Positions 43,827 through 56,145 are shown, counted from the first letter of the stretch. The stretch: DNA of 64,000 nt from an uncultured Rhodospirillaceae bacterium (GCA_964411425.1 CAYPKW010000002.1:45512-109511); one strand, 5' to 3'. Translations and numbers: made by a program. Notes: generated by a model from the sequence alone, not told the origin.

Positions 43827-45392
43827 ATGGATCGCAGCCTGTCCCAGCCGTCGAACGTCACGCCGCTGCGCGGCGGCGAGGCGTCCGCGGCGCGCGTGCC
43901 GCCGCACAACTACGAGGCGGAGCAGGCGCTGTTGGGCGCCATCCTCGCCAACAACCTGGCGTTCGACAAGGTCAACGAGTTCCTGCGCCCCGAGCACTTC
44001 GCCGATCCGCTGCACGGCCGCGTCTACGAGGCCGCCGGCAAGCTGATCCAGCGCGGGCAGAGCGCCAATTTCCTCACCCTCAAGAATCTGTTCGACCAGG
44101 ACCCGGCGCTGACCGATGTCGGCGGCGCGCAGTACCTGGAGCGGCTCGCGGGCGCCATTGTCACCATCATCAACGCCGAGGACTACGGGCGCGCCGTCCA
44201 CGATCTCTTTCTGCGCCGAATGCTCATCAATCTGGGCGAAGAGGTGGTCAACGACGCCTTCAAGCACGACCTCGACCTCGCAGCGCGCGACCAGATCGAG
44301 AAGGCGGAGCAACAGCTTTACCTGCTGGCCGAGAGCGGCGATACGGAGGCCCGCTTGGTGCCGCTCGCCCGCGCCATGGAACGCGCGCTGAAGATGGCCG
44401 AGACGGCGCACAAGCGCTCGAGCCACGTCACCGGCGTCACCACCGGCCTTGTGGATCTGGACAAGCGGCTAGGCGGGCTGCACCCTTCGGACCTAGTGAT
44501 CATTGCCGGCCGGCCGGGCATGGGCAAGACGGCGCTCGCCACCAACATCGCGTTCAACGCGGCCGAGGCCTACAAGGAGCTGCGCGAGGAGAGCGGCGCG
44601 GTCAAGGTGCTGGAGGGCGCCAAGGTGGCGTTCTTCTCGCTCGAAATGTCGTCCGAGCAGTTGGCGACCCGCATCCTGGCCGAGCAGACCGGCGTTTCCT
44701 CCGACCGCATCCGTCGCGGCGAGGTCAAGAACGAGGATTTCCCGCGCTTCGTCCAGGCGGCGCAGAAATTGGAGCGCCTGGCGCTGTTCATCGACGACAC
44801 GCCGGCCCTGAGCGTGCCCACGCTGCGCACCCGGGCGCGGCGCCTGAAGCGCCAGCACGGACTGGGGCTGATTGTCGTGGACTACCTGCAACTGATGCGC
44901 CCCGCCGGCTATTCCAGGCCCGACAACCGGGTGCAGGAAGTCAGCGAGATCACCCGCGGGCTCAAGGCGATCGCCAAGGAACTCGACGTGCCGGTGCTCG
45001 CGCTGTCGCAGCTTTCCCGCGCCGTCGAGCAGCGCGACGACAAGCGCCCGCAGCTCTCCGACTTGCGCGAATCGGGCTCCATCGAGCAGGACGCCGACGT
45101 GGTCATGTTCATTTATAGAGAGGAATACTATCACGAACGCACAATTCCGAAAGAAACAAACTATGACTTGACTAACGAAGATGAAAAGATAAGAAAAGAA
45201 GAAAATGCAAAATACGATAGGGAAATGCGCAAGTGGCACAATAAGATGGAAAAGATTCACAACGCCGCCGAGCTCGACATCGCCAAGCAGCGCCATGGGC
45301 CGACCGGCATGGTTCGCCTGTTCTTCGACGGGCACGTGACGAAGTTCGGCAATCTGGTGCGGGACGATCAACTTCCCGATGCCATCTACTGA
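43827..45392 (+). CDS. dnaB: replicative DNA helicase DnaB
   Basis: PPHNYEAEQALLGAIL, Walker A GRPGMGKTALA, IVVDYLQLM, SQLSR and KQRHGPTG. It contains an in-frame AT-rich insertion near the C-terminus. Confidence 0.95.
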   Translation: MDRSLSQPSNVTPLRGGEASAARVPPHNYEAEQALLGAILANNLAFDKVNEFLRPEHFADPLHGRVYEAAGKLIQRGQSANFLTLKNLFDQDPALTDVGGAQYLERLAGAIVTIINAEDYGRAVHDLFLRRMLINLGEEVVNDAFKHDLDLAARDQIEKAEQQLYLLAESGDTEARLVPLARAMERALKMAETAHKRSSHVTGVTTGLVDLDKRLGGLHPSDLVIIAGRPGMGKTALATNIAFNAAEAYKELREESGAVKVLEGAKVAFFSLEMSSEQLATRILAEQTGVSSDRIRRGEVKNEDFPRFVQAAQKLERLALFIDDTPALSVPTLRTRARRLKRQHGLGLIVVDYLQLMRPAGYSRPDNRVQEVSEITRGLKAIAKELDVPVLALSQLSRAVEQRDDKRPQLSDLRESGSIEQDADVVMFIYREEYYHERTIPKETNYDLTNEDEKIRKEENAKYDREMRKWHNKMEKIHNAAELDIAKQRHGPTGMVRLFFDGHVTKFGNLVRDDQLPDAIY

Positions 45393-46497
45393 CGCCGGCA
45401 GCGAAGGCACCGGCGCCTTGCTCACCATCGACTTGGCGGCGCTCGCCGCCAACTATCGGCTGCTGCGCGCGCGGGCGCCCGCGGCCGAATGCGCCGCCGT
45501 CGTGAAGGCCGACGCCTACGGCCTCGGCATGGCGGCGGTGGCGCCGGAACTGGCGGCGGCCGGGTGCCGGACCTTCTTCGTCGCCACGCTCGACGAGGGC
45601 ATGGCGCTGCGCCGCCTGCTGCCGCAGGCCGTCGTTTACGTGCTCAACGGCACCGCCTGTGGCGGCGGCGAGGAGATGGCGCAGAGCGCGCTCCGCCCCG
45701 TGCTCAACAGCCTTCCGGAGATGGACGAGTGGGCGGCGCAACCCGGCCGACCGGCGGCCGCGCTGCACATCGACACCGGGCTCAATCGCCTCGGGCTGTC
45801 GGACCAGGAGGTGACGGTCCTGGCGGGCGACCGCCGCGGCCTCGATCGCGTGGCCGTCGACCTCGTGCTCAGTCACCTGGCGGCGGCGGACGAGCCGTCG
45901 CATCCCTTGAACCGCGCCCAGCTCACGCGCTTCGAGGCGGCGCTAGCCCGGCTGTTCCCGGACCCGGCCCGCCGACCGCGGCTGAGCCTCGCCGCTTCCT
46001 CGGGCATCTTTCTCGGAGCGGACTACTGTTTCGAGCTGACCCGGCCGGGAGCCTCGATGTACGGCATCTCGCCCTTCGCAGAGGGCGCGAACCCGATGGC
46101 GCAAGTCGCGCGTCTGCAAGGAAGAATCCTCCAGACGCGCGACATTGACACAGGCGGGACCGTTGGCTATGGTGCGACCTACCGCGCGACCCGCGCGACG
46201 CGCGTGGCGACGGTGGCCGTCGGTTACGCCGACGGCTATTTTCGTTCGCTCGGCAATCGGGGGGGAGCCCATATCGGCGGACAGCGGTTTCCCGTCGTAG
46301 GGCGCGTATCCATGGATTTGATCACCCTCGATGTGACGGACGCGCCGCAAGCCTGTCCGGGCGCGTTCGTAGACCTAATCGGACCCGATAACCCGGTCGA
46401 CGCCGTGGCCGCCGAGGCAGGCACCAACGGATACGAACTGTTGGCGCGCATGGGCGTCCGCATTCGGCGCCGCTACGTGAACGCCGGCACGCCGTGA
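45379..46497 (+). CDS. alr: alanine racemase
   Basis: PLP-lysine motif AVVKADAYGLG and C-terminal YELL...RRY. It overlaps the dnaB end by 14 nt. Confidence 0.9.
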   Translation: MPSTDAGSEGTGALLTIDLAALAANYRLLRARAPAAECAAVVKADAYGLGMAAVAPELAAAGCRTFFVATLDEGMALRRLLPQAVVYVLNGTACGGGEEMAQSALRPVLNSLPEMDEWAAQPGRPAAALHIDTGLNRLGLSDQEVTVLAGDRRGLDRVAVDLVLSHLAAADEPSHPLNRAQLTRFEAALARLFPDPARRPRLSLAASSGIFLGADYCFELTRPGASMYGISPFAEGANPMAQVARLQGRILQTRDIDTGGTVGYGATYRATRATRVATVAVGYADGYFRSLGNRGGAHIGGQRFPVVGRVSMDLITLDVTDAPQACPGAFVDLIGPDNPVDAVAAEAGTNGYELLARMGVRIRRRYVNAGTP

Positions 46498-47270
46498 CCG
46501 CCCTCCTGCAACCGATCGGCCGCGCCTTTCTGGGCGGCCTCGAGGCGGCCGGGCGGCTTGCAATCTTTTCCGCTTCGGCGGTGCGGCATTGCTGCCAGCC
46601 GCCGTTCTATCCGCGCCTCATCCTGCAGCAGATGATTGAGATCGGGTACTACTCCCTGCCGGTGGTAGGCCTGGTCGCGATCTTCACCGGCATGGTGCTG
46701 GCGTTGCAGAGCAGCACCGGCTTCGGTCGGTTCAACGCCGAGTCGGCGATCCCCAACGTGGTGGTGATCTCGATCACGCGCGAATTGGGGCCGGTGCTGA
46801 CCGCCCTTATGGTGGCCGGGCGGGTGGGCTCGGCGATGGCTGCCGAGATCGGCACCATGCGGGTGACCGAGCAGATCGACGCACTCACCACGCTGTCGAC
46901 CAACCCGATGAAGTACCTGGTCGTCCCGCGGCTCATCGCCGCGGTCGCCATGCTGCCGCTTCTGGTCGTGATCGCGGACATCATCGGCGTGTTCGGGGGC
47001 TACCTGGTCAGCATCTACAAGCTCGGCTTCAACCCCGGCACGTACCTGCACAATACTTGGGATTTCCTGGAGACGATCGACGTCGTGTCCGGCCTCGCCA
47101 AGGCCGCCGTGTTCGGTTTCCTGGTGGCGCTGCTGGGCTGCTATCACGGCTATCATTCGCGCGGCGGCGCCCAGGGCGTGGGCGGCGCCACCATCAACGC
47201 CGTCACCATCTCCTTCATCCTGATCTTCATCTTCGACTACGCCATCACCGAGATGTTCTTCGCCCAATGA
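46494..47270 (+). CDS. mlaE: MlaE-type ABC transporter permease
   Basis: MlaE pattern (GRVGSAMAAEIGTMRVTEQIDAL) and multiple TM segments. Confidence 0.85.
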   Translation: MTALLQPIGRAFLGGLEAAGRLAIFSASAVRHCCQPPFYPRLILQQMIEIGYYSLPVVGLVAIFTGMVLALQSSTGFGRFNAESAIPNVVVISITRELGPVLTALMVAGRVGSAMAAEIGTMRVTEQIDALTTLSTNPMKYLVVPRLIAAVAMLPLLVVIADIIGVFGGYLVSIYKLGFNPGTYLHNTWDFLETIDVVSGLAKAAVFGFLVALLGCYHGYHSRGGAQGVGGATINAVTISFILIFIFDYAITEMFFAQ

Positions 47271-48046
47271 ATGAGCGTGCCCCGAAGATCGCGATCCGCG
47301 GCCTGCATAAGTCCTTCGGCGAGAAAAGGGTGCTGAACGGCCTCGACATCGACATCGCGGTCGGCGAATCGATGGTGGTCATCGGCGGCTCCGGCACCGG
47401 CAAGTCGGTGATGATCAAGTGCGTGCTGGGCCTGCTGCAGCCCGACGCCGGCAGCATCAAGGTGGACGGCGAAGAGGTGATCGGCATGCCGGCGCGCGAG
47501 CGCGAGCGCGTCTTGCGCAAGTTCGGCATGCTGTTCCAGGGCGCCGCCCTGTTCGACAGCCTGAATGTTTGGGAGAACGTCGCCTTCGGCCTGATCGAGG
47601 GGCGCGGGATGAAGCGCGCCGAGGCAAAGGAAATCGCGCTACACAAGTTGGGCGCCGTCGGCCTCGGCCCGGAAGTGGGCGAGATCTGGCCTGCCGAGCT
47701 GTCCGGCGGCATGCAGAAGCGCGTGGCACTCGCCCGCGCGATTGCCACCGAGCCCGAGATCATCTTTTTCGACGAGCCGACCACCGGCCTCGACCCCATC
47801 ATGGGCGACGTGATCAACGATCTGGTCAAGAAATGCGTGGACGGGCTCGGCGCCACGGCCCTCTCGATCACCCACGACATGGCGAGCGTGCGCCGCATCG
47901 CCGACCGGGTAGCCATGATCTACAACGGCCGGATCGTCTGGTCGGGGCCGGCCGAGACAATCGACAAGTCCGGCAACGCCTACGTGGACCAGTTCATCCA
48001 CGGCCGGGCCGAGGGACCGATCCAGATGCCGATCAGGCCCTTGTGA
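47267..48046 (+). CDS. mlaF: MlaF-type ABC transporter ATP-binding protein
   Basis: Walker A GGSGTGKSV, signature LSGGMQKRVALARA and Walker B IIFFDEP. ATGA overlap with mlaE. Confidence 0.9.
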   Translation: MNERAPKIAIRGLHKSFGEKRVLNGLDIDIAVGESMVVIGGSGTGKSVMIKCVLGLLQPDAGSIKVDGEEVIGMPARERERVLRKFGMLFQGAALFDSLNVWENVAFGLIEGRGMKRAEAKEIALHKLGAVGLGPEVGEIWPAELSGGMQKRVALARAIATEPEIIFFDEPTTGLDPIMGDVINDLVKKCVDGLGATALSITHDMASVRRIADRVAMIYNGRIVWSGPAETIDKSGNAYVDQFIHGRAEGPIQMPIRPL

Positions 48047-48059
48047 GCGGGGAGGCGGC

Positions 48060-49481
48060 GTGGCACGAGCGAACGCGATCTACGCCTGCCAGGCCTGCGG
48101 CGCCAGCTACCCGCGCTGGTGGGGGCGCTGCGAGGCGTGCGGCGCGGGGGGTACCATCGTCGAAGAGGCGCCCCGCGAGGTGACGCCGAAGGGTGTCGCC
48201 GGCCGCGGCCGGCGGCTCCAGCTCGAAAGCCTGGCCGGCCCGGTGGAGGATCGCGAGTTGCGTCTCTCCACGGGGATCGGCGAGCTCGACCGGGTAGTGG
48301 GCGGCGGGCTGGTCCGCGGCTCGACCGTGCTGGTCGGCGGCGATCCGGGGATCGGCAAGTCGACGCTGCTGCTGCAGGTCGCGGCGGCGCTTAGCGGCAC
48401 CGCGCGCTGCGTCTATATCTCCGGCGAGGAATCGGTGGCGCAAATCCGCCTGCGCGCGCGCCGGCTGGGGCTTGGCGCGCCGGCACTGGAGCTTGCCAGC
48501 GCCACCAGCCTGCGCGACATCCTGACGAGTCTAGAGGAGGGCGAAGCGCCAGCGCTCGCGGTCATCGATTCGATCCAGACCATGTACGTCGACACCCTCG
48601 ATTCGGCGCCCGGCACCGTCGCCCAGGTGCGGGCCAGCGCCGGCGAGCTGATCCGCCTCGCCAAGCGGCGCGACACGACCATGTTCCTGGTCGGCCACGT
48701 CACGAAGGAGGGTCTGATCGCGGGGCCGCGCGTGCTCGAACACATGGTCGACACCGTGCTCTACTTCGAGGGCGAGCGCGGGCACCATTTCCGCATCCTC
48801 AGAGCGGTGAAGAATCGCTTCGGTCCCACCGACGAGATCGGCGTGTTCGAGATGACCGATGCCGGGCTGGCGGAGGTTGCGAACCCGTCCGCCTTGTTCC
48901 TTGCCGAGCGGCGCGCCGACGCGAGCGGCGCCTCGGTGTTCGCCGGCATCGAGGGCACGCGCCCGTTGCTGGTCGAGATCCAGGCGTTGCTGGCGCCCTC
49001 CCCGCTTGCCGCGCCGCGCCGCGCCGTGGTCGGCTGGGACAGCGGGCGGCTCGCCATGGTGATGGCGGTCCTGGAAGCGCGTTGCGGGCTCTCGCTCGGC
49101 GGGCGCGACGTCTATCTCAACGTCGCCGGCGGTCTCAGGATCGCCGAACCGGCGGCGGACCTGGCGGTGGCGGCGGCGCTCGTCTCCTCGCTGGCCGACG
49201 CCCCGGTGCCGACCGACATGGTAGTATTCGGCGAGGTCGGCCTGAGCGGCGAGGTGCGCGCGGTGGCGCAGCGCGACCAACGGCTCAAGGAGGCGGCGAA
49301 ACTGGGCTTCGCCCGCGCGCTGACGCCGCGACGGATGAAGGCCGCGGCGGGCCCGGAGGGAATCTCGGTGCTGGAGATCGCGCATCTCGGCGACTTGCTG
49401 GCGCTGTTCCCGGTCAAGCCCTCGAACGCGCGGCACCGGGAGCGGACGCAGCGCCAGCCCTACGCCGCCGACAGCGCATGA
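48060..49481 (+). CDS. radA: DNA repair protein RadA
   Basis: Zinc finger CQACGASYPRWWGRCEACG, Walker A GDPGIGKSTLL, KNRFG and a Lon-like C-terminal domain. GTG start with SD GGGGAGG. Confidence 0.95.
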   Translation: MARANAIYACQACGASYPRWWGRCEACGAGGTIVEEAPREVTPKGVAGRGRRLQLESLAGPVEDRELRLSTGIGELDRVVGGGLVRGSTVLVGGDPGIGKSTLLLQVAAALSGTARCVYISGEESVAQIRLRARRLGLGAPALELASATSLRDILTSLEEGEAPALAVIDSIQTMYVDTLDSAPGTVAQVRASAGELIRLAKRRDTTMFLVGHVTKEGLIAGPRVLEHMVDTVLYFEGERGHHFRILRAVKNRFGPTDEIGVFEMTDAGLAEVANPSALFLAERRADASGASVFAGIEGTRPLLVEIQALLAPSPLAAPRRAVVGWDSGRLAMVMAVLEARCGLSLGGRDVYLNVAGGLRIAEPAADLAVAAALVSSLADAPVPTDMVVFGEVGLSGEVRAVAQRDQRLKEAAKLGFARALTPRRMKAAAGPEGISVLEIAHLGDLLALFPVKPSNARHRERTQRQPYAADSA

Positions 49482-49490
49482 GGGAACGCC

Positions 49491-50128
49491 ATGGATAACC
49501 TGCCCGCCAATGCGATCGACCTCGGCGTCGCGGCGGTGCTGCTCGTATCGGCGCTGCTGGCCTTCGCGCTCGGTCTCCTGCGCGGCGCCCTCATGGTGGC
49601 GGCATGGATCGCCGCGGCGGTGGCGACCGTCGTCGGCTTCGACCCGCTGAAGCCGCTTCTGCGCCAGCACATCGCGCTCACCATCCTGGCCGATGCCGTC
49701 ACGGCGGGGGCCATATTCGTCGTCACCCTGCTGGTCGTCACCGCGATCTGCCACGTGCTGTCGCGCGCCGTGCCGCGCGGCGGCGCCTTCGGCGCGCTCG
49801 ATAGGTCGTTGGGGCTCGTGTTCGGCTTCGGGCTCGGCGTCGTCCTCGTCTGCCTCGCCTATCTGGGCTTCACCTGGGTGGTGCCCGAGAAGGATCGCCC
49901 GGCCTGGGTAAGCGAGGCGCGCAGCCTGCCGTACTTGGCCCAAGGCGCCGAGCAGTTGCGCCTGATCTTCGGCCGCTACTTGCGCCGGGACGCCGACGCC
50001 GAAAGCGGCGCCGCCGGCGGCGCCGCGCCCGGCCCCGGTCAGCCCGCCGAATCCTCTGGATCGGCCGAGGGATCGGGCTATAAGGATGCCGAACGCAACG
50101 AGCTCGACCGGCTGATCCAAGGCACGCA

Positions 50129-50132
<4 letters not shown>
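49491..50132 (+). CDS. cvpA: CvpA-family membrane protein
   Basis: Four TM segments and the conserved cvpA-purF context. Confidence 0.8.
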
Positions 50133-51597
<1,465 letters not shown>

Positions 51598-51601
<4 letters not shown>

Positions 51602-52326
51602 CGGCTGGGACGAGGCTCTCGGATCGCATCGCGTTGGTGACCGGCGCTTCGCGCGGCATCGGGGCGGCGGTCGCCAAGCGCTTCGCGGCCGAGGGCGCCC
51701 ATGTGGTGCTGACCGCCCGCACCGTGGGCGGGCTCGAGGAGGTGGATGACGCGGTGCGCGCCCTCGGCGGGACCGCGACCCTCGTCCCTCTCGACCTCAC
51801 CGACGGGGACGCCATCGACCGGCTGGGCCAGGCGCTACACGAGCGCTATCGCCGGCTCGACGTGCTCGCGGCCTGCGCCGGCGACCTCGGCACGTTGACG
51901 CCCATCGCGCACATCACGCCGAAAGATTGGGAGCGAGTGCTGGCGGTGAATCTGACCGCCAACTACCGCCTCATCCGCGGCCTCGATCCGCTGTTGCGCG
52001 CCGGCCCGGCGGGACGCGCCATCTTCGTCACCTCGGGCGCGGGGCGAACCCCGCGCGCCTTCTGGGGAACCTATGCCGTGAGCAAGGCCGCGCTCGACAT
52101 GCTCGTGGGCCTCTACGCCGCCGAGACGCGGCAGACGAACTTGCGCGTCAACTTGGTCGACCCCGGGGCGGTGCGCACCGCCATGCGCGCGCGGGCCTAT
52201 CCGGGCGAGGACCCGGCGAGCCTGCCGCACCCGGACGAGGTGATGGAGAGCTTCGTCGAGCTGGCCGAGGTTTCCTCTACCCGCCACGGCGAGACCGTGG
52301 CAGCAAAGGCGACGGCCGGCCGATAA
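51598..52326 (+). CDS. short-chain dehydrogenase/reductase (SDR)
   Basis: TGASRGIG and YAVSKAA motifs. GTG start overlaps the purF stop (GTGA). Confidence 0.8.
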
Positions 52327-52332
52327 ATCGCC

Positions 52333-53673
52333 TCAGTCCTGCTTCACGTAAGGGTTCGCCCCTGCGCGCGGCACGATGCGGATCGGCACGCCGGGCAGGT
52401 CGAAGGCCTGGCGCATGCCGCCCACCAAGTACCGCAAGTAGGCCTCTGGCAGGCGGCCAGTGCGGCCGCCGAACAGCGCGAAGGTGGGGGGCCGGGTCTT
52501 GATCTGCGTCATGTAACGCAGCTTGAGCCGGCGTCCGTCGACGAGTGGGGGCGGATGCGCCTCGACCGCCGCGGCGAGCCAGCGATTGAGCGCCGCCGTG
52601 GCGATACGGCGCCCCCATCGATCGTAGGTCGACAACACCGCTTCCATCAATCGGTCCAGGTTGTGGCCGGTGAGCGCCGAGATCGGCACCATGGCGAGGC
52701 CGCGGGCCTGCGACAGCGAGGTCTCCAGCCGGTCGGAAATGCGGGCGAGCGCCGCCCGCCTGTCTTCGACCAGGTCCCACTTGTTGGCCGCCAGCACCAG
52801 AGCGCGCCCCTCCTCCAGCACGCGCCGCGCGATGGCGAGGTCCTGCTTCTCCAGGCCGTCCTCGGCGTCCAGCACGAGCACCGCGACATGGGCGAAGCGG
52901 ATGGCGCGGAGAGCGTCCTCGCTCGAGATGCGCTCCATCTTCTCGGCCACCTTGGCGCGCCGGCGCAGCCCGGCCGTGTCGATGAGCCGCACCGGCCGGC
53001 CCTGGAAGTTCCACTCCACGGCGATCGCGTCGCGGGTGATCCCCGATTCCGGGCCGGTCAGCACCCGTTCCTCGCCGATCAGGTTGTTGACCAGCGTCGA
53101 CTTGCCCACATTGGGCCGTCCGACCACGGCGAGGTGAATGACCTCGGCCACGGTATCCGCCTCCGCGCCGGCGTCGGCGGGCCGCAGGCGGTCGGCCAGC
53201 GCGCGATACAGGTCGGCCATGCCTTCGCCGTGCTCGGCCGAAATCGGCACCGGCTCGCCGAAGCCGAGCGCGTAGGCCTCGATCAGCCCCAGGGCGCCCC
53301 CCGCGCCCTCGCATTTGTTGGCGACGAGCACGATGGGCCGGCTCAGCTTGCGCAGCCAGCGGGCGAAATCCCGGTCGAGCGGCGTCACGCCGGCGCGCGC
53401 GTCGATGAGCAGCAGGGCAACGTCGGCGCCTTCGACCGCCATCTCCGTCTGACGGCGCATGCGCGCCGCGAGGGCCGCTCCGCTCGCGTCCTCGAAGCCG
53501 GCGGTATCGACCACCCGGAAGCGCAGGTCGCCGAGGCGCCCTTGCGCTTCCCGCCGGTCGCGGGTGACGCCCGGCGCATCGTCCACCAGCGCCAGCCGGC
53601 GCCCGGCCAGGCGGTTGAACAGCGTCGACTTGCCGACGTTGGGCCGGCCGACGATCGCCACCGTGGGGGCCAT
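52333..53673 (-). CDS. der: ribosome-assembly GTPase Der (EngA)
   Basis: Two G domains ([24 protein letters not shown]) plus a KH-like C-terminus. Confidence 0.95.
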   Translation of the reverse strand: MAPTVAIVGRPNVGKSTLFNRLAGRRLALVDDAPGVTRDRREAQGRLGDLRFRVVDTAGFEDASGAALAARMRRQTEMAVEGADVALLLIDARAGVTPLDRDFARWLRKLSRPIVLVANKCEGAGGALGLIEAYALGFGEPVPISAEHGEGMADLYRALADRLRPADAGAEADTVAEVIHLAVVGRPNVGKSTLVNNLIGEERVLTGPESGITRDAIAVEWNFQGRPVRLIDTAGLRRRAKVAEKMERISSEDALRAIRFAHVAVLVLDAEDGLEKQDLAIARRVLEEGRALVLAANKWDLVEDRRAALARISDRLETSLSQARGLAMVPISALTGHNLDRLMEAVLSTYDRWGRRIATAALNRWLAAAVEAHPPPLVDGRRLKLRYMTQIKTRPPTFALFGGRTGRLPEAYLRYLVGGMRQAFDLPGVPIRIVPRAGANPYVKQD

Positions 53674-53677
53674 GCGT

Positions 53678-55015
53678 TTAGCGCAGCGCGATCAGGTCGG
53701 CGCTGTCGGAGACGAAGAAGAGCGTGTCGCCGGCGACCACGGGCGGCAATTGCGCCGGCGCCGGCAGCTCGATCCGGCCGAGGATTTTGCCCGTATAGGG
53801 CGAGACCGAGAGCGCCTCGCCGCTGCTGCCGGTGACGATCAGGCGGTCGCCGGCGAGCACGGGGCCGTGCCAAAGAATCGGGCCCTCGCGCTCCTCCTCG
53901 TCCTCGTAAGCCGGCAGCGCCTGGATCCATTTGATGCGCCCGTTCTGCCGCGTCAGGCAAATGAGCTCGCCGTTGTTGTCGAGCACGAACACGAAGTCGC
54001 CGGCCACCCAGGGGCTCTCGGTGCCGCCGATATCGCGCTGCCACACCCGATCGCCCCCCCTGAGGTCGATGGCGGCGAGCGTGCCGCTGTTGCTGATCGC
54101 CACGACAAGCTCGCGGTCGATCGCCGGCCGGCCCCGGATGTCGCTCAACGCCGCCGCGGCGCTGGTGCGCGCGATGCCGGCGAGGTTCTCGCTCCACAGG
54201 GTTCGCCCGGTCTCCGCGCGCAGCGCGTAGATGTCGCCCGAGCTGTAGGCGACGACCACCGTGCTGCCGAGCACCGCCGGGGACGCCCCGCCCAGCAACC
54301 CGGCGCTTTCCAGCACGGCGCCGGCCTGCGACCACAACCGCCGTCCGTCGTCGGCGGCCAGCGTGAACAACTGGTTGTCGATGGAGACGACGAACACCCG
54401 GCCATCGCTGACCGTCGGCGGGGTACGTATCGGCCCCTCGACGCGGCTCCGCCACACTTCCGCGCCCGAGGCGGCGTCAAGCCGAAACACGAGCGCGAAC
54501 GGCGTTGTCACGTATAGACCGCCGTCGGCCAGCGCAAGGCCGCCGCCGAACAGGTCGTCGTCCTCCTCCTCGGGCGTGAGATCGACCTGCCACAACTGAC
54601 TGCCGCTGCCGGCGTCGAACGCGCTCACCGTGTTGGCGGTGTCGAGCGTATAGATGCGGCCGCCGGCCACCACGGGCTCGGCCATCATGCGCTCCGAATC
54701 GCTGGCCGCGGCGCCGATGTCCGCGCTCCACCGCACGGCCACGGACTCCGGCAAGGCCAGGTGATGCATGGCGTGCGCCGTGTTGCCGCCCGCCTGCGGC
54801 CAGTCGGGATTGCTGTATGGTTGCGGCAGACGGACGCGCAGATCCGCGAGCTCGTCGTCGGGCACCAAGGACCGATCGAGCCGCAGGACCGAAATGCGCT
54901 CGCCCGGCAGCGGCGGGGCTTCAGGCGCGCCGAGGAAGTCGAGGCCCAAGCTCTCGCAGCCGCCCAGCAGCAGGACGAGGGCGAGCCATATCGGCGCCAC
55001 GCGTTTCGCGGGCAT
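53678..55015 (-). CDS. bamB: outer-membrane protein assembly factor BamB (PQQ-like beta-propeller lipoprotein)
   Basis: Lipobox LLLGGC, repeated PQQ-like blades and the conserved position upstream of der. Confidence 0.85.
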   Translation of the reverse strand: MPAKRVAPIWLALVLLLGGCESLGLDFLGAPEAPPLPGERISVLRLDRSLVPDDELADLRVRLPQPYSNPDWPQAGGNTAHAMHHLALPESVAVRWSADIGAAASDSERMMAEPVVAGGRIYTLDTANTVSAFDAGSGSQLWQVDLTPEEEDDDLFGGGLALADGGLYVTTPFALVFRLDAASGAEVWRSRVEGPIRTPPTVSDGRVFVVSIDNQLFTLAADDGRRLWSQAGAVLESAGLLGGASPAVLGSTVVVAYSSGDIYALRAETGRTLWSENLAGIARTSAAAALSDIRGRPAIDRELVVAISNSGTLAAIDLRGGDRVWQRDIGGTESPWVAGDFVFVLDNNGELICLTRQNGRIKWIQALPAYEDEEEREGPILWHGPVLAGDRLIVTGSSGEALSVSPYTGKILGRIELPAPAQLPPVVAGDTLFFVSDSADLIALR

Positions 55016-55647
55016 TACAGCGCGTTGAGCAGCTCGGCCGCCCGCTGGCGCAACGCCGGCGGCGCGTGTTCGTCGGCCGCGAGCTTGGCGAACGCCTCGC
55101 GCGCCTTGGCCGTGTCGCCGGCGCGTTTGGCCAACAGCCCGGTGAATTCCAGCGCCGAGTGTCGCCAGGGATGGTCCTCGGCGGTGAGCGGCGCCAGGCG
55201 CGCGGATAGGGCCGCCGGATCGGCCGTGTCGATGGTGTGGAGCGCGATCAGGACGACCGCCAGGTCGCGGAACGCCCGGTCGACGCCGACGTCCGCGGCC
55301 AGCGCCTCGTACATGTCGAGCGCCGCCGCCACGTCCCCCGCCTCTGCCTTCATGGCCGCCTGCTGCAATCGGGCCAGCGCGGCATAGCCGTCGCCGCCTT
55401 CGGCCAACGCGGCGAAACCTGCGGCGGCGCCGAGTTCGCCGCGCTCTATGAGGTCGCTCGCGCTCGCGTATTGTGTGCCGCGATCGAGGCGCTGCGCCTC
55501 GCGATACTGCTTCCAGGCGACATAGCCGCCGGTGCCCAGCACGATCGCCACCGCGGCGGCGATGAGGTGCTTGCTATGGCGGCGCCACAGCTTCTCGTAT
55601 CTCTCGCGCCTTAGATCCTCGTCGACTTCGCGAAAGATGTCCGTCAC
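55015..55647 (-). CDS. membrane-anchored TPR-like protein (YfgM-like)
   Basis: MTDIFREVDEDLRRERYEKLW..., a single TM segment, then an Ala-rich helical repeat region. Its stop overlaps the bamB start (TAATG). Confidence 0.7.
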   Translation of the reverse strand: MTDIFREVDEDLRRERYEKLWRRHSKHLIAAAVAIVLGTGGYVAWKQYREAQRLDRGTQYASASDLIERGELGAAAGFAALAEGGDGYAALARLQQAAMKAEAGDVAAALDMYEALAADVGVDRAFRDLAVVLIALHTIDTADPAALSARLAPLTAEDHPWRHSALEFTGLLAKRAGDTAKAREAFAKLAADEHAPPALRQRAAELLNAL

Positions 55648-55805
55648 GACCGGGCTCCGGCTGCGAAACGCGGGCTACCATAACCGGGCGCCCCGGCGTT
55701 GGCAAACCTGGGGCGGCGCCGCTAACGAAGTCTTCAGGGACGATGAACTAGGCTACGCCGATCCGTTGTCGAGCCCTTGCGCTCGTAACCCTCGATCGGC
55801 GCCCC

Positions 55806-56138
55806 GTGTCCCGTCTCTGTTTCGTTGGCGTGCTGCTGCCCTCGCTGCTCGCCGCGTGCGGCGGGCCGGTCGAGCTCGCGGCCTTGGGCGCCAGTGCTGT
55901 GAGCCTCGCCGTCACCGGCAAGAGCCCTACGGACCACGCAATGTCGTTCGCGACCGGGCGGGACTGCTCCATTCTCGCCCAATTCGACGCACGGCCGTAC
56001 TGCGGCGAGGCGGAGCGCGCCTCCCTGGCAGGCGACGGCCCCCCCGCCATGCCGCGCTACTGCTATCGCACCCTGGCCGACATCGTCTGTTACGAGGAGC
56101 CCGACCGGGACGTCAGCGCCGAGCGGCGCGTCCAATAG
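55806..56138 (+). CDS. small lipoprotein, unknown function
   Basis: Lipobox LLAAC after a hydrophobic N-terminus. GTG start. Four further Cys residues. Confidence 0.5.
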   Translation: MSRLCFVGVLLPSLLAACGGPVELAALGASAVSLAVTGKSPTDHAMSFATGRDCSILAQFDARPYCGEAERASLAGDGPPAMPRYCYRTLADIVCYEEPDRDVSAERRVQ

Positions 56139-56145
56139 CGGCGCC

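Noticed and set aside
45105-45262. Intein or mobile insertion in dnaB
   Set aside because: The AT-rich patch is only about 50 codons. It is in frame and has no intein blocks (no Cys/Ser start, no HN end, no endonuclease motifs). It sits where alphaproteobacterial DnaB normally has a loop insertion. It is retained as a compositional finding only.
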